The notes: a model not told the origin generated them from the letters alone. A stretch of 32,000 nucleotides of DNA from Breznakia sp. PF5-3 (GCF_029504745.1 NZ_JAQFIQ010000024.1:4487-36486); one strand, 5' to 3'; shown: positions 9,695 through 18,666, numbered from the stretch's first letter. Made by a program: numbers and translations.

Positions 9695-10542
9695 ATTTCT
9701 GCATCCTCTTCCATTATCTTTTCCAACTTTTTCAATGACTTTAGTATCTCTTGATTTCTAAATAATGATCTTTGTCTATCATTTTTTATTGTCTTATGAA
9801 GAGATTTCCCTTCATTATGAATAATTTCAATTTCTGGATCATAGATGAAAATTAAACTATCTTTTACACATCGATAATATAAAAACTCTTCTTCATGATA
9901 TAAAAACGTACCCGGATAAAAAATATCCTTTCCGTACTTTTCATAATAAGTCTTTGAGAAAATCAAGGCACAACCATGCAAACCAACATCATATACTCGT
10001 TTATCTCCATTTTTCAGTTTGTCTTTCTTTCTAAAAACATGTTTACTCCACGAATAGATTTTAAATATACAATACAAAAAATAATTCTCATATATTCGTA
10101 TTACTCTTTTTGTATACTGAATCTTATTTTTTACTACTTCAAGGTCTTTATACACAGGAAAAGGATTTGATGAATCCAAATCCTCTGGTAATATTTTTGG
10201 TCCTAATACATGAAACTTTGTCGCATCATGTATTTTATATATTTTAGAAATAAAATCACTCTGATTTATAATTGTGTCACTATTGATTACACATAAAAAA
10301 TCTGGTTTGTATTTTCTTATTGCAACTTCACAACCTATGTTATTTCCCTGTGCAAAGCCAATATTTTCTTTTAACTCTATAAAATCTACTCCTGTTGCTT
10401 TAATTTTCATTATATCTTCTGGAATATTTGAATGATTATCAACAACAATTATTGAATGCTCTTCCGTCAATAATTGGATACTTTGTATACAAGAAAGCGT
10501 ATCTTTAATAGATTTATAGTGTAAAATAACAAATGTAACCAT
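9691..10542 (-). CDS. Family-2 glycosyltransferase
   Basis: MVTFVILHYKS...IIVVDNHSN...GFAQGNNIG...VINSDT. GGAGG lies 5 nt upstream of the ATG. Confidence 0.85.
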   Translation of the reverse strand: MVTFVILHYKSIKDTLSCIQSIQLLTEEHSIIVVDNHSNIPEDIMKIKATGVDFIELKENIGFAQGNNIGCEVAIRKYKPDFLCVINSDTIINQSDFISKIYKIHDATKFHVLGPKILPEDLDSSNPFPVYKDLEVVKNKIQYTKRVIRIYENYFLYCIFKIYSWSKHVFRKKDKLKNGDKRVYDVGLHGCALIFSKTYYEKYGKDIFYPGTFLYHEEEFLYYRCVKDSLIFIYDPEIEIIHNEGKSLHKTIKNDRQRSLFRNQEILKSLKKLEKIMEEDAEI

Positions 10543-10552
10543 AGTAACCTCC

Positions 10553-10572
10553 TTTCTTGAATATTCAAGAAA
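10553..10572 (-). repeat. 20-bp perfect palindrome abutting the SD of the GT2 gene at 10542
   Basis: TTTCTTGAATATTCAAGAAA equals its own reverse complement. On the minus strand the order is TATAAT (10575-10580), AG, the palindrome, GGAGG, TTACT, ATG. Confidence 0.6.
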
Positions 10573-10582
10573 CTATTATACT

Positions 10583-12169
10583 CTATCTTATTTTTAACAT
10601 TACTGCCTTTTTTATAAAGATTATGAGAGATATAATCATCGGAACTAGTGTAACAGCCATATAACGATCAATCGTATTAGCAGTAAAAACATATACTAAA
10701 GCGTTCATAAAGCTAAATCCTAGTAAAATAATTAGTAAATTATTTTCTTTATTTTCAAAAAGATCAGTTTTTTTACGCCTCAAAAAGCGTAACGCGATTG
10801 CTATAATCCATAAAAATGGTAATAAAATTATTCCTATTGAATAAAAGTATTGAGCTGGTGTAAAAAGATGTGACATTAAACTTCTCAAAATCATTGGTGG
10901 ATGATTATATGTATTATATTCTTTCACTCTTTCATAATATTCATCAGGCATATAAATAATATTTCCATTTATTCTCAAAGTAGCTCCAGCTATAGAACAG
11001 TTTTCTCGGCAATGCCCTAATGTAAATTCTTTTTTATAACCCCCATTTTCATTTTTTTCAGTTTTATACACATCTGCTAAAATAAAATAACCTGTTTTAT
11101 ATCCATCAATTACACTAGCAGGATTAGCAAAAAACTCTGATATAACAAATGATAATGCAGAAGAAAATGAAAGTGCTTTTGCACCTTTAAAATCAATAAC
11201 TTCTCGATCTATTATTTCATTTGAAGGACTTAAAACATCAACCAAAAAGAATACTTCATTATTTTCTATTTTTTCAATAACCAATTGTTTTTCATCTTGG
11301 CTTAAATAAATATCATTATCTAAGACATCACTTAAATCATCATAGCTTGACATGACATTAAAATTTCTTGGTCCGCTCAAAATTTGTCCTCCGAAATTTC
11401 CTACAATATTGCGATCTGTATTCAAATTTTGTTTTGCGCCTTGGACCAATATGATATTCCAAACTTTTACACTAGTGAATAAAAAAGCAAAACAGCATAA
11501 TAACATAATTCCTCGCTGTCCAAAATTTTTAAGAGTATGATTTTGAAAAAGCGAAATTACAGTTGCAATTAATAGAGGAAAAATAGTAGTTGCTACATAG
11601 GGTTGTTTAAGATGCCAACTAAACACAGTGAAAAATACAAATACTGCACTTGCGATAAGATAACATTTTTTATTTTTAAAGAAATCCATATCAATCCATT
11701 TCCAAGCAAGATAACACATTGATATCGCAATTGTCATCGCCACAAATTCTGTTAACAATGCATGATAGTATCCAAAAACAAGCGGATTAAAAATAACAAA
11801 ACACATACCTAAAACATAAATTCCTTTTTTAAAATATTTATTTTTGATATTTTTTACTATATCGCTTAAAAGTTTATGAATTATTATAATCATAATTGCA
11901 TAAAAAATAAATGTAATCAACACTAAAGATATATGAGAACTTCCAAACAGTCGTCGACTCAAATATATAATAAAAGGAAAAACTGGTCCACGGATAATGT
12001 CCCATTCGGCAAAACTTGTATTCCCTTCAAAAATAGAGACATAACTCATATAATGAGAGCTATCAACATAAATCGTAACAGAAAATACAGAATATATACA
12101 AAAAAGCATTATCCAAAAAATAACTACTTTATTTTTTATAAAGAATTCTTTCACTTTATTTTTTATCAT
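10583..12169 (-). CDS. Polytopic membrane protein, probable GT-C-type (ArnT/PMT_2/GacL-like) lipid-linked-sugar glycosyltransferase
   Basis: 528 aa. About 8 N-terminal hydrophobic helices, a hydrophilic segment of about 190 aa (approx. residues 245-440), then about 3 C-terminal helices. The first loop (YVDSSHYMSY...WDIIRGPVFPF) resembles the acidic/aromatic loop plus proline motif of PMT_2-type enzymes. The family call rests on topology and context only. Confidence 0.45.
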   Translation of the reverse strand: MIKNKVKEFFIKNKVVIFWIMLFCIYSVFSVTIYVDSSHYMSYVSIFEGNTSFAEWDIIRGPVFPFIIYLSRRLFGSSHISLVLITFIFYAIMIIIIHKLLSDIVKNIKNKYFKKGIYVLGMCFVIFNPLVFGYYHALLTEFVAMTIAISMCYLAWKWIDMDFFKNKKCYLIASAVFVFFTVFSWHLKQPYVATTIFPLLIATVISLFQNHTLKNFGQRGIMLLCCFAFLFTSVKVWNIILVQGAKQNLNTDRNIVGNFGGQILSGPRNFNVMSSYDDLSDVLDNDIYLSQDEKQLVIEKIENNEVFFLVDVLSPSNEIIDREVIDFKGAKALSFSSALSFVISEFFANPASVIDGYKTGYFILADVYKTEKNENGGYKKEFTLGHCRENCSIAGATLRINGNIIYMPDEYYERVKEYNTYNHPPMILRSLMSHLFTPAQYFYSIGIILLPFLWIIAIALRFLRRKKTDLFENKENNLLIILLGFSFMNALVYVFTANTIDRYMAVTLVPMIISLIIFIKKAVMLKIR

Positions 12170-12178
12170 ACTTATCTC

Positions 12179-14197
12179 CTATGAATGGTCATACATATTA
12201 TACAAAGCACCAACTACTTTTTTCATTTTATTTTTTAATCCTTGTGGTGTCTTTTTGGCAATTGAAAATGCAAACCTTTTAAACAAACTATTAGATGGTT
12301 GAATCATCAATTTCTTTGTAATATCATTTAATAAATCTGTTTCGTATTCAGACAATTTTATTTTTTCTTGAACTGCTTTCTCCTCTGAGAAATAATCACA
12401 AATCTTATCAACAACTAAATCATAATCAAATTGAATAGCCGTTTCATGATGTGATTTCTTTAAATTCATAAACAACTCATTATCACTCATCAATACTGAA
12501 ATTTTTTCATAATATTTATTAACATCATTAACTTCATTAATTAAAATTCCGTTTTCCCCATTTTTAATATATTCATTAACTCCAAATGAATTTGAAACAA
12601 TCGGAACTGCACCTGCACAAAGTGCTTCTAATGCTAATAATCCAAACCCTTCATTTACAGAAGTATCAACATAAATATCTGTATTATTCATGATTTCAGA
12701 CATAGCCATTCGCGAAATCGGACCTTTGATCAAATTAATTTTATTTCCATTTTCTTCAAGATTAGGGAATACTATTTTATGATTTATATATACCAAATTA
12801 ATCACAATATCTGTATATTTTGAATTCAATATATATAATAAATCTAACAACAAATAATCCCCCTTCATTGGATTTCCACGCATAAACATAGTAATTCGCT
12901 TTGCTGAATTTTGATTATTTTTATTAAATAAAACATCATAATTAACACCATTTTGGATTACTGTAGAATCAATGTCAAAAATTGTTTTCATCTTATCATG
13001 CAAATAAGAAGAAATTGTGAAAATATAATCAGCAAGCTTGTAAGATAATAATACTGATCCATATTCATTACCATTTTCAAAATACACTTCGTATCCTTGA
13101 ACAAATGAAATTAGTGGAACATGCTTTTTATCTGCATACCACTTTGCTTTAAATGTAGAATTCCAAATAGTTGTTATCATCTGCTTGCAATTTAAATCAT
13201 TTATCTTGTCCACCGAAATAGGGTTAAAAAGCATTGCTTCTGCATAATCAATATTTTCATCATATAAAATATTAGCACTAATATTATTTATCGATAAATA
13301 ATTCACTAAATCAACAACAACATGGCACCCCCCCGCATTTTGAACGATTACAGGGAGATAAATAAGTGAATCCACATTTATTTTTCGATCATCATTTGTA
13401 AGGTTGTTATCAATATATTTGATTGGATCATTTTTTGCGTATTCTTTTGCTAATTGATTATATTGAGCCCCCCATCTACCAAAGAAAATATCCCTATTTT
13501 TCTTTATTCTTTCCTCTTTGGCCTTTGACACACCAAAAGATGCTTCTGCTTTATGGAATACATACGTATCGATTGCTACCTTGGCATGAAAACCTTTTTC
13601 CATAGCTTTAAATTGATAATCCGTTTCCTCACCATAACCAGTACCATATATTTCATCTAAAAGTCCTACTGTATCTAAACAAGATTTTGAAATCATTAAG
13701 CAATTTCCTACAATAGTACAAGCATCAAATGTTTTTCCACTAAATTTTCTTTCAAGCAATGCATCCATTTCTGAATAACTAAATCCCTCAAAAATAGGGT
13801 AGGTTAGATTAGCAGCATTAGAAGCAACTGGACATATTAAACCAATCTTCGAATCCTTTTCCATATGACGAATTAATTTAGGGATTGTGTTTTTACTAAC
13901 CAAGCAATCTGAATTAAGCAATAAAGCTGTTTCTGCTGTTGACAATTTTAAAGCTTTATTACAGTTTTTAACAAATCCCAAATTTTCTTCATTTGTGATA
14001 ATCTCAATACAATCTCCATATTTATCTTTTAAATTATGTAGTGTATTAAATGTTTGCTGATTTGAATTGTCATTCATTAAATAAATTTTATTTATATATT
14101 CTATAGGTGTATTTTTTATAAGGGCATACACACATAATTTCGTCCAATCAGGTGCATTATAGACTGGAATAATAACATCACACTTCATTTTTGACAT
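12179..14197 (-). CDS. Two-domain glycosyltransferase (N-terminal GT2 fused to C-terminal GT4/GT-B)
   Basis: GT2 part: CDVIIPVYNAPDWT...LMNDNSNQ...LLLNSDCL. GT4 part: NAGGCHVVVDLVNYL...EGFGLLALEALCAGAVPIVSN (EX7E). Start trimmed to ATG 14195-14197, 1 nt after the wzm stop, with GAGGAGG inside the wzm 3' end. Confidence 0.85.
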   Translation of the reverse strand: MSKMKCDVIIPVYNAPDWTKLCVYALIKNTPIEYINKIYLMNDNSNQQTFNTLHNLKDKYGDCIEIITNEENLGFVKNCNKALKLSTAETALLLNSDCLVSKNTIPKLIRHMEKDSKIGLICPVASNAANLTYPIFEGFSYSEMDALLERKFSGKTFDACTIVGNCLMISKSCLDTVGLLDEIYGTGYGEETDYQFKAMEKGFHAKVAIDTYVFHKAEASFGVSKAKEERIKKNRDIFFGRWGAQYNQLAKEYAKNDPIKYIDNNLTNDDRKINVDSLIYLPVIVQNAGGCHVVVDLVNYLSINNISANILYDENIDYAEAMLFNPISVDKINDLNCKQMITTIWNSTFKAKWYADKKHVPLISFVQGYEVYFENGNEYGSVLLSYKLADYIFTISSYLHDKMKTIFDIDSTVIQNGVNYDVLFNKNNQNSAKRITMFMRGNPMKGDYLLLDLLYILNSKYTDIVINLVYINHKIVFPNLEENGNKINLIKGPISRMAMSEIMNNTDIYVDTSVNEGFGLLALEALCAGAVPIVSNSFGVNEYIKNGENGILINEVNDVNKYYEKISVLMSDNELFMNLKKSHHETAIQFDYDLVVDKICDYFSEEKAVQEKIKLSEYETDLLNDITKKLMIQPSNSLFKRFAFSIAKKTPQGLKNKMKKVVGALYNMYDHS

Positions 14198-14198
14198 C

Positions 14199-14975
14199 TT
14201 ATACCTCCTCAGCAAAGCCTTTTTCAAGCTTTTTAAACACTGCATAGCCAACAAATAAAATAATCAAACTTACAATAATAACATATGCAAGCATTCCGAA
14301 ATCGGGAAGCTGATGATTAAGAAAAATATCCCTATAAGAATTAATGATTGTAGTAAGAGGATTAATTTTAAATAATACTGAAATTGTAGATTTTGAGAAC
14401 TGCGATACATCATATAAAATTGGAGTTCCATAAAATAACATATTCAAAATAAATTGAACAATATATTCAGTATCTTTTATATAAACGTTGATTGCGCTCA
14501 AAAGAAAAATCATCCCTAATATAAGAATAGATTGAATCAGAGCAAGGAAAGGTAACAAAATAATATGCCAACTTATCCAAGAACCGCCAAATATTACAAA
14601 AACAACAATTATTATACATGAAATAAAGAAATTAACCAGCCCACTAATTACTACTGAAATAGGTAATATCTCTCTAGGAAAGTATACTTTTTTAATAATC
14701 CCTGCATTTGAGCGAATTACAGCCATTCCTTGATTCACAGAAGTAATAAAAAAAGTCCATGGAATAATTCCGACTACTAAAAATAATAAATAATTATCTA
14801 CTGTTGTTCTCATAATATAAGGAAAAACAAGTACATACACAAGTACTTGTAATAAAGGTGATATAAAAGACCATAATACACCAAGTAAAGACCCCTTATA
14901 CTTTCCCCTAATTTCCTTTTTTACATTTGATTTTAATAACTCTCTATAATTATATAAGTCATTGAATAATTTCAT
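14199..14975 (-). CDS. wzm: ABC-2 type polysaccharide or teichoic-acid export permease (Wzm/TagG/RgpC class)
   Basis: 258 aa with six hydrophobic segments. N-terminus NYRELLKSNVKKEIRGKYKGSLLGVLWSFISPLL and C-terminus FKKLEKGFAEEV are both typical of ABC-2 glycan permeases. Confidence 0.88.
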   Translation of the reverse strand: MKLFNDLYNYRELLKSNVKKEIRGKYKGSLLGVLWSFISPLLQVLVYVLVFPYIMRTTVDNYLLFLVVGIIPWTFFITSVNQGMAVIRSNAGIIKKVYFPREILPISVVISGLVNFFISCIIIVVFVIFGGSWISWHIILLPFLALIQSILILGMIFLLSAINVYIKDTEYIVQFILNMLFYGTPILYDVSQFSKSTISVLFKINPLTTIINSYRDIFLNHQLPDFGMLAYVIIVSLIILFVGYAVFKKLEKGFAEEV

Positions 14976-14986
14976 ATTTGTTCCCT

Positions 14987-16123
14987 CTATTCTTTTACAA
15001 ATAAATTAGTTTTCTTTGAAATAAGCTGATTCCCATTTTTATCAAACACTTGAATCTCAAAAATGTGTCTTCCAATTTCCAATGTGTCAATTTTTAAAGG
15101 ACACTTCCAGCCAGGATTTTCATTAGCATAAGCTCCTCCATATTTTTCAGAATAAACTCGCAATACATCAGGACGCTTTTCTCTTTCAATTCCTGATATT
15201 TCTTTTTTATCTAAATAACACTTTACAACTGCTTCTGAATCTTCACACATAACCCAACCCTTAGCATACACATCCGTTTCATTTAACTCATAAACACTAT
15301 TTGCTATTGGTTCATCAATATAAGCATTTGCTTGATAAATGTATTCTCCATCAGCAGATTTAGCTTTCAATGTTTCTAAATAATCTGCATTTATACGTTC
15401 TAAATAGGAATCAATTACTGTAATAGGATCACCATCAGCAGACACTTTCCCGTGATAAATCCATATGGCTCTATCACATAATGCTTTTACGACATCTAAA
15501 CTATGCGAGACAATCACGATTGTCTTATTACTATCTCTTAATTCTTCTAACTTAGCATAACATTTATCTTGAAAATGTTGATCACCAACTGCTAAAATTT
15601 CATCAATCAGCAAAATTTCAGCATCTACATTAATAGCAATCGAAAAAGCCAAACGCATATACATCCCAGAAGAATATGTACGAATAGGATTATCAATAAA
15701 ACTATCTAATTCAGAAAACTCGATAATTTCATCGACACGTTTATCAATTTCTTGTCTTGTAAGTCCAAAAATTGCAGCATTAAAATATATATTCTCACGT
15801 CCTGTAAAATCTGGATGAAATCCTGCACCTAGTTCCAAAAGAGATGTCAGTTTCCCAAATGTTTCGATTGTTCCGCTTGTTGGATATAGTATTTTGGTCA
15901 TCAATTTCAATAATGTAGATTTACCACTTCCATTGGACCCAATTAATGAAACTGTTTCACCTTTTTTTATTTCTATATTTATATCTTGTAAGACATGATG
16001 TAGTTCTGACTTTTCTTTTTTCCAAAAAACCAAATTTTCTTTCAATGTTTGAGGCTTATCATAAACCCTTTTGAAATCTTTATTCATATCTGTAACTTTT
16101 ATAGCAATACTATCGTTTTTCAT
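14987..16123 (-). CDS. wzt: Polysaccharide export ABC ATPase (Wzt/TagH/RgpD class) with a C-terminal extension of about 130 aa
   Basis: Walker A GSNGSGKST, signature YSSGMYMRLAF, Walker B ILLIDEILAVGD and H-loop VSHS. The residues after about 250 (encoded by 14987-15376) lie beyond the NBD. Confidence 0.88.
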   Translation of the reverse strand: MKNDSIAIKVTDMNKDFKRVYDKPQTLKENLVFWKKEKSELHHVLQDINIEIKKGETVSLIGSNGSGKSTLLKLMTKILYPTSGTIETFGKLTSLLELGAGFHPDFTGRENIYFNAAIFGLTRQEIDKRVDEIIEFSELDSFIDNPIRTYSSGMYMRLAFSIAINVDAEILLIDEILAVGDQHFQDKCYAKLEELRDSNKTIVIVSHSLDVVKALCDRAIWIYHGKVSADGDPITVIDSYLERINADYLETLKAKSADGEYIYQANAYIDEPIANSVYELNETDVYAKGWVMCEDSEAVVKCYLDKKEISGIEREKRPDVLRVYSEKYGGAYANENPGWKCPLKIDTLEIGRHIFEIQVFDKNGNQLISKKTNLFVKE

Positions 16124-16153
16124 ATTCAGTCTCCTTTTACTAGAAACTACTTT

Positions 16154-16182
16154 ATTATAACAAAAATTGTAGTGTTTTACAC
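16154..16182 (-). promoter_or_regulatory. Candidate extended -10 promoter for wzt-wzm and downstream genes
   Basis: Minus strand has TGTTATAAT (16154-16162) with a weak -35 GTGTAA at 17-nt spacing. It lies in the 163-nt gap between the GT4 stop and the wzt start. Confidence 0.45.
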
Positions 16183-16286
16183 TCTTTATCTATGAAACTT
16201 GTTATTTGTTAAAAAAGAATATCCTTCTTCATTTCGGTACTATTATAAAAAAACTAGAACTTTTAAGTTTTATTATCCATTCCAGT

Positions 16287-17438
16287 TTATAGTTTTGTAT
16301 CTTCAATCTCAGACATTAAATGTAACCACTCTTTCTCTGTGTTTTCACAACTAAAATCCATTGCTCTAAATCTAGCATTTTCATTCATATCTTCCAATTG
16401 CTTTTTATTTTCCACTAAATCTATTGCTGTCTTAACATAGACAGCTTTATTTCTGTTTTTTATTAAATATCCATTTATACCATTTTTAATAATTTCATTT
16501 GCTCCTTGTGCACTATCAAAAGCAATACAAGGAAGTCCAAAACTCATCGCTTCTAGCAAAACAAAACCAAAAGATTCTGTAAATGATGTCATTAAAAACA
16601 CATTAGACAAACTATATAAATTATTGATTTGATCTTTATATAAATATCCATGAATACAAACATAGTCTTCTAGTTTGTATTCTTTCACTTTATTCTTTAC
16701 CAAACTCATCAATGCTCCATCCCCAACAATATGTAAGAAAGCATCGGGAATTTTTTGCCAAATTTCGTAAAAAATGTCAATCAAATCCAAAACTCCTTTT
16801 TCCTTTGAAATTCTACCTACACTAATAAACGTCATTTTACTTTCATCATTCTTTGTCAACGGTAAGTCTTTTGGCTCATCAATACAAAAAGGAATATATC
16901 GAACTTCCACATTTTCGAGATATTTTTGATAAAATGTTGTTAATTCTTTTGAAATTGGTAACATATAGTCAAAATGATTGCAAGAGTGAACAAGCTTATC
17001 AATATACTTTTTGTCATTATTATGATGATTATGTTCTGTAGCTATTTTTATTATATTTTTAGCTGCATATTTTTGAATTAATTTATTATGAAAAATTCTG
17101 GTAGATATTATTACATCTGCTTTGCATTTTTTTATTGCTTGTATATTTCTTTTTTTTCTTAAAATCAAGATTTTTAAAGATACGAAGCCTTCTCTCACAA
17201 TACTCAAAAATTTTTTTGAATGAATAGCTTTTTTAAATTTTTCCTTGTTTGGTTTTAAATCCTCTATCAAATAAGAAATCCTAATTCTCTTATCCACTGG
17301 AAAAGATGGCGATTCTAAAACCTTATATGTTGATACAATTTCAACTTCATATTTCTTGCACAACATATTAGCTATTGTAATCACATATTTTTCTACACCA
17401 CCAAACCCTAAGTGTAATGCAAATATCGTTATCTTCAT
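16287..17438 (-). CDS. Family-4 (GT-B, group 1) glycosyltransferase
   Basis: MKITIFALHLGFGGVEKYV... and ESFGFVLLEAMSFGLPCIAFDSAQGANEII (EX7E). Confidence 0.88.
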   Translation of the reverse strand: MKITIFALHLGFGGVEKYVITIANMLCKKYEVEIVSTYKVLESPSFPVDKRIRISYLIEDLKPNKEKFKKAIHSKKFLSIVREGFVSLKILILRKKRNIQAIKKCKADVIISTRIFHNKLIQKYAAKNIIKIATEHNHHNNDKKYIDKLVHSCNHFDYMLPISKELTTFYQKYLENVEVRYIPFCIDEPKDLPLTKNDESKMTFISVGRISKEKGVLDLIDIFYEIWQKIPDAFLHIVGDGALMSLVKNKVKEYKLEDYVCIHGYLYKDQINNLYSLSNVFLMTSFTESFGFVLLEAMSFGLPCIAFDSAQGANEIIKNGINGYLIKNRNKAVYVKTAIDLVENKKQLEDMNENARFRAMDFSCENTEKEWLHLMSEIEDTKL

Positions 17439-17448
17439 GATTTCCTTT

Positions 17449-17814
17449 CTATCTTATCTTTTCTTTTTCTGACTTTTCTTTTCTTTCTTTATACTGTAAT
17501 AAACTCAACTTTTGAATCAATTCTTTATTTTTTTCTTTTAAGCTTGAAATTGTAATCATCTGCATAAACAAAATAATGTATAAGAAAAATGTAAATAACG
17601 ATAGAATAAAATTACTAGTTGAAATAAATCCAAGTTTTCGAGAAACCCACATAGCAAGATTAGGAAACACACTTAAAATAAGTAATAATATTGCCCATAT
17701 CATCCAAATTATCGCATCATCTATATTTAATTTATGTTTTCTTATTCTTCTGATAACGAAAAGTAATGTAGCTAAGCTTGCAAGAATAAATACAAATTGT
17801 AATTGATATGACAT
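17449..17814 (-). CDS. Small membrane protein, DUF2304/GacJ-like
   Basis: 121 aa with 3-4 hydrophobic helices and a charged coiled C-tail (KEKNKELIQKLSLLQYKERKEKSEKEK). It lies 9 nt downstream of the 232-aa GT2, the arrangement seen for GacI/GacJ. Confidence 0.65.
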   Translation of the reverse strand: MSYQLQFVFILASLATLLFVIRRIRKHKLNIDDAIIWMIWAILLLILSVFPNLAMWVSRKLGFISTSNFILSLFTFFLYIILFMQMITISSLKEKNKELIQKLSLLQYKERKEKSEKEKIR

Positions 17815-17822
17815 ATTTACAC

Positions 17823-18521
17823 CTATTTAACCTTTCTAAATGGTTGAATCAAAAAAATTGAGATTAGCATTCTGCTCATATATTTGACCGTATTAGGTAA
17901 GTTCAAATAAGATTCTCCAAATTCTCTATCACTCATTTCAACCTGTACTTCTTTTATTTTTCGCTTTTTTCTAATCATGTATACCAATGTATCAGGCTCT
18001 GGAGGATTATTCATATCAGTAGCATAATCAACAATTGTTTCTTTATCATAAGCTCTAAGTCCACTTGTAGGATCTTTTATTGTATTAAAAGTAACAAGTT
18101 TAATTGCTAAAGAAAGTAACCGACTTCCTAACATTCTAGCACTCAAAGATTTTTTATTGGTCACAAACCTTGAGCCAATTACAATATTATTTCCTTTTGA
18201 AATTTCATCAACCATATTATCTAAATAGTCTGCATCATGTTGCCCATCTCCATCAAATTGTATCGCTACATCATATCCATGTTCCATCGCATATTTAAAT
18301 CCTGTCTGAACAGCACCAAACAAACCAAGATTTGCAAAACCATCGATATAGTTACATCCACACTTTTCTAAAATCTCCAATGTATTATCTTTTGATCCAT
18401 CATTGATAACAATAAAATCATACTGTGGAACCTTGGTCTTTAAATCATGAATTACTTTTTCTATATTTAATGCTTCATTATACGCTGGAACAATAACCAA
18501 CGTTTTTAAATTTTCTTTCAT
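17823..18521 (-). CDS. GT2 polyprenol-phosphate sugar synthase (GacI/CsbB/GtrB-like)
   Basis: 232 aa: LVIVPAYNEALNI...IVINDGSKDNT...QFDGDGQHD...GSRF. This is the short DPM1-like GT2 architecture. Confidence 0.75.
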   Translation of the reverse strand: MKENLKTLVIVPAYNEALNIEKVIHDLKTKVPQYDFIVINDGSKDNTLEILEKCGCNYIDGFANLGLFGAVQTGFKYAMEHGYDVAIQFDGDGQHDADYLDNMVDEISKGNNIVIGSRFVTNKKSLSARMLGSRLLSLAIKLVTFNTIKDPTSGLRAYDKETIVDYATDMNNPPEPDTLVYMIRKKRKIKEVQVEMSDREFGESYLNLPNTVKYMSRMLISIFLIQPFRKVK

Positions 18522-18550
18522 ATTTTCTCCATTGTATAAACTCTCATATC

Positions 18551-18579
18551 ATTTTACACAATAATACTAATTTTTACAA
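18551..18579 (-). promoter_or_regulatory. Candidate sigma-A promoter for the GacI-like operon
   Basis: Minus strand reads TTGTAA, a 17-nt spacer, then TAAAAT. It sits just downstream of the galE terminator. Confidence 0.45.
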
Positions 18580-18624
18580 ATTTCTTTCCAATATGTTTTG
18601 AATTTTCTATTTCTATACAAATTT

Positions 18625-18656
18625 CACAAAAAAGAACATGAATTTATTTCATGCTC
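18625..18656 (-). terminator. Rho-independent terminator after galE
   Basis: Minus-strand RNA folds as GAGCAUGAA, loop AUAAA, UUCAUGUUC (9 bp with one G-U), followed by UUUUUUGUG. Confidence 0.7.
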
Positions 18657-18666
18657 CTTTTTCATA

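Noticed and set aside
16214-16230. AAGAA/TTCTT mini-hairpin followed by T-run as the terminator of the GT4 gene, and a similar 7-bp AT-only stem at about 20635-20662
   Set aside because: The stems are only 5-7 bp and almost entirely A-T, so they are not distinguishable from background in this composition.
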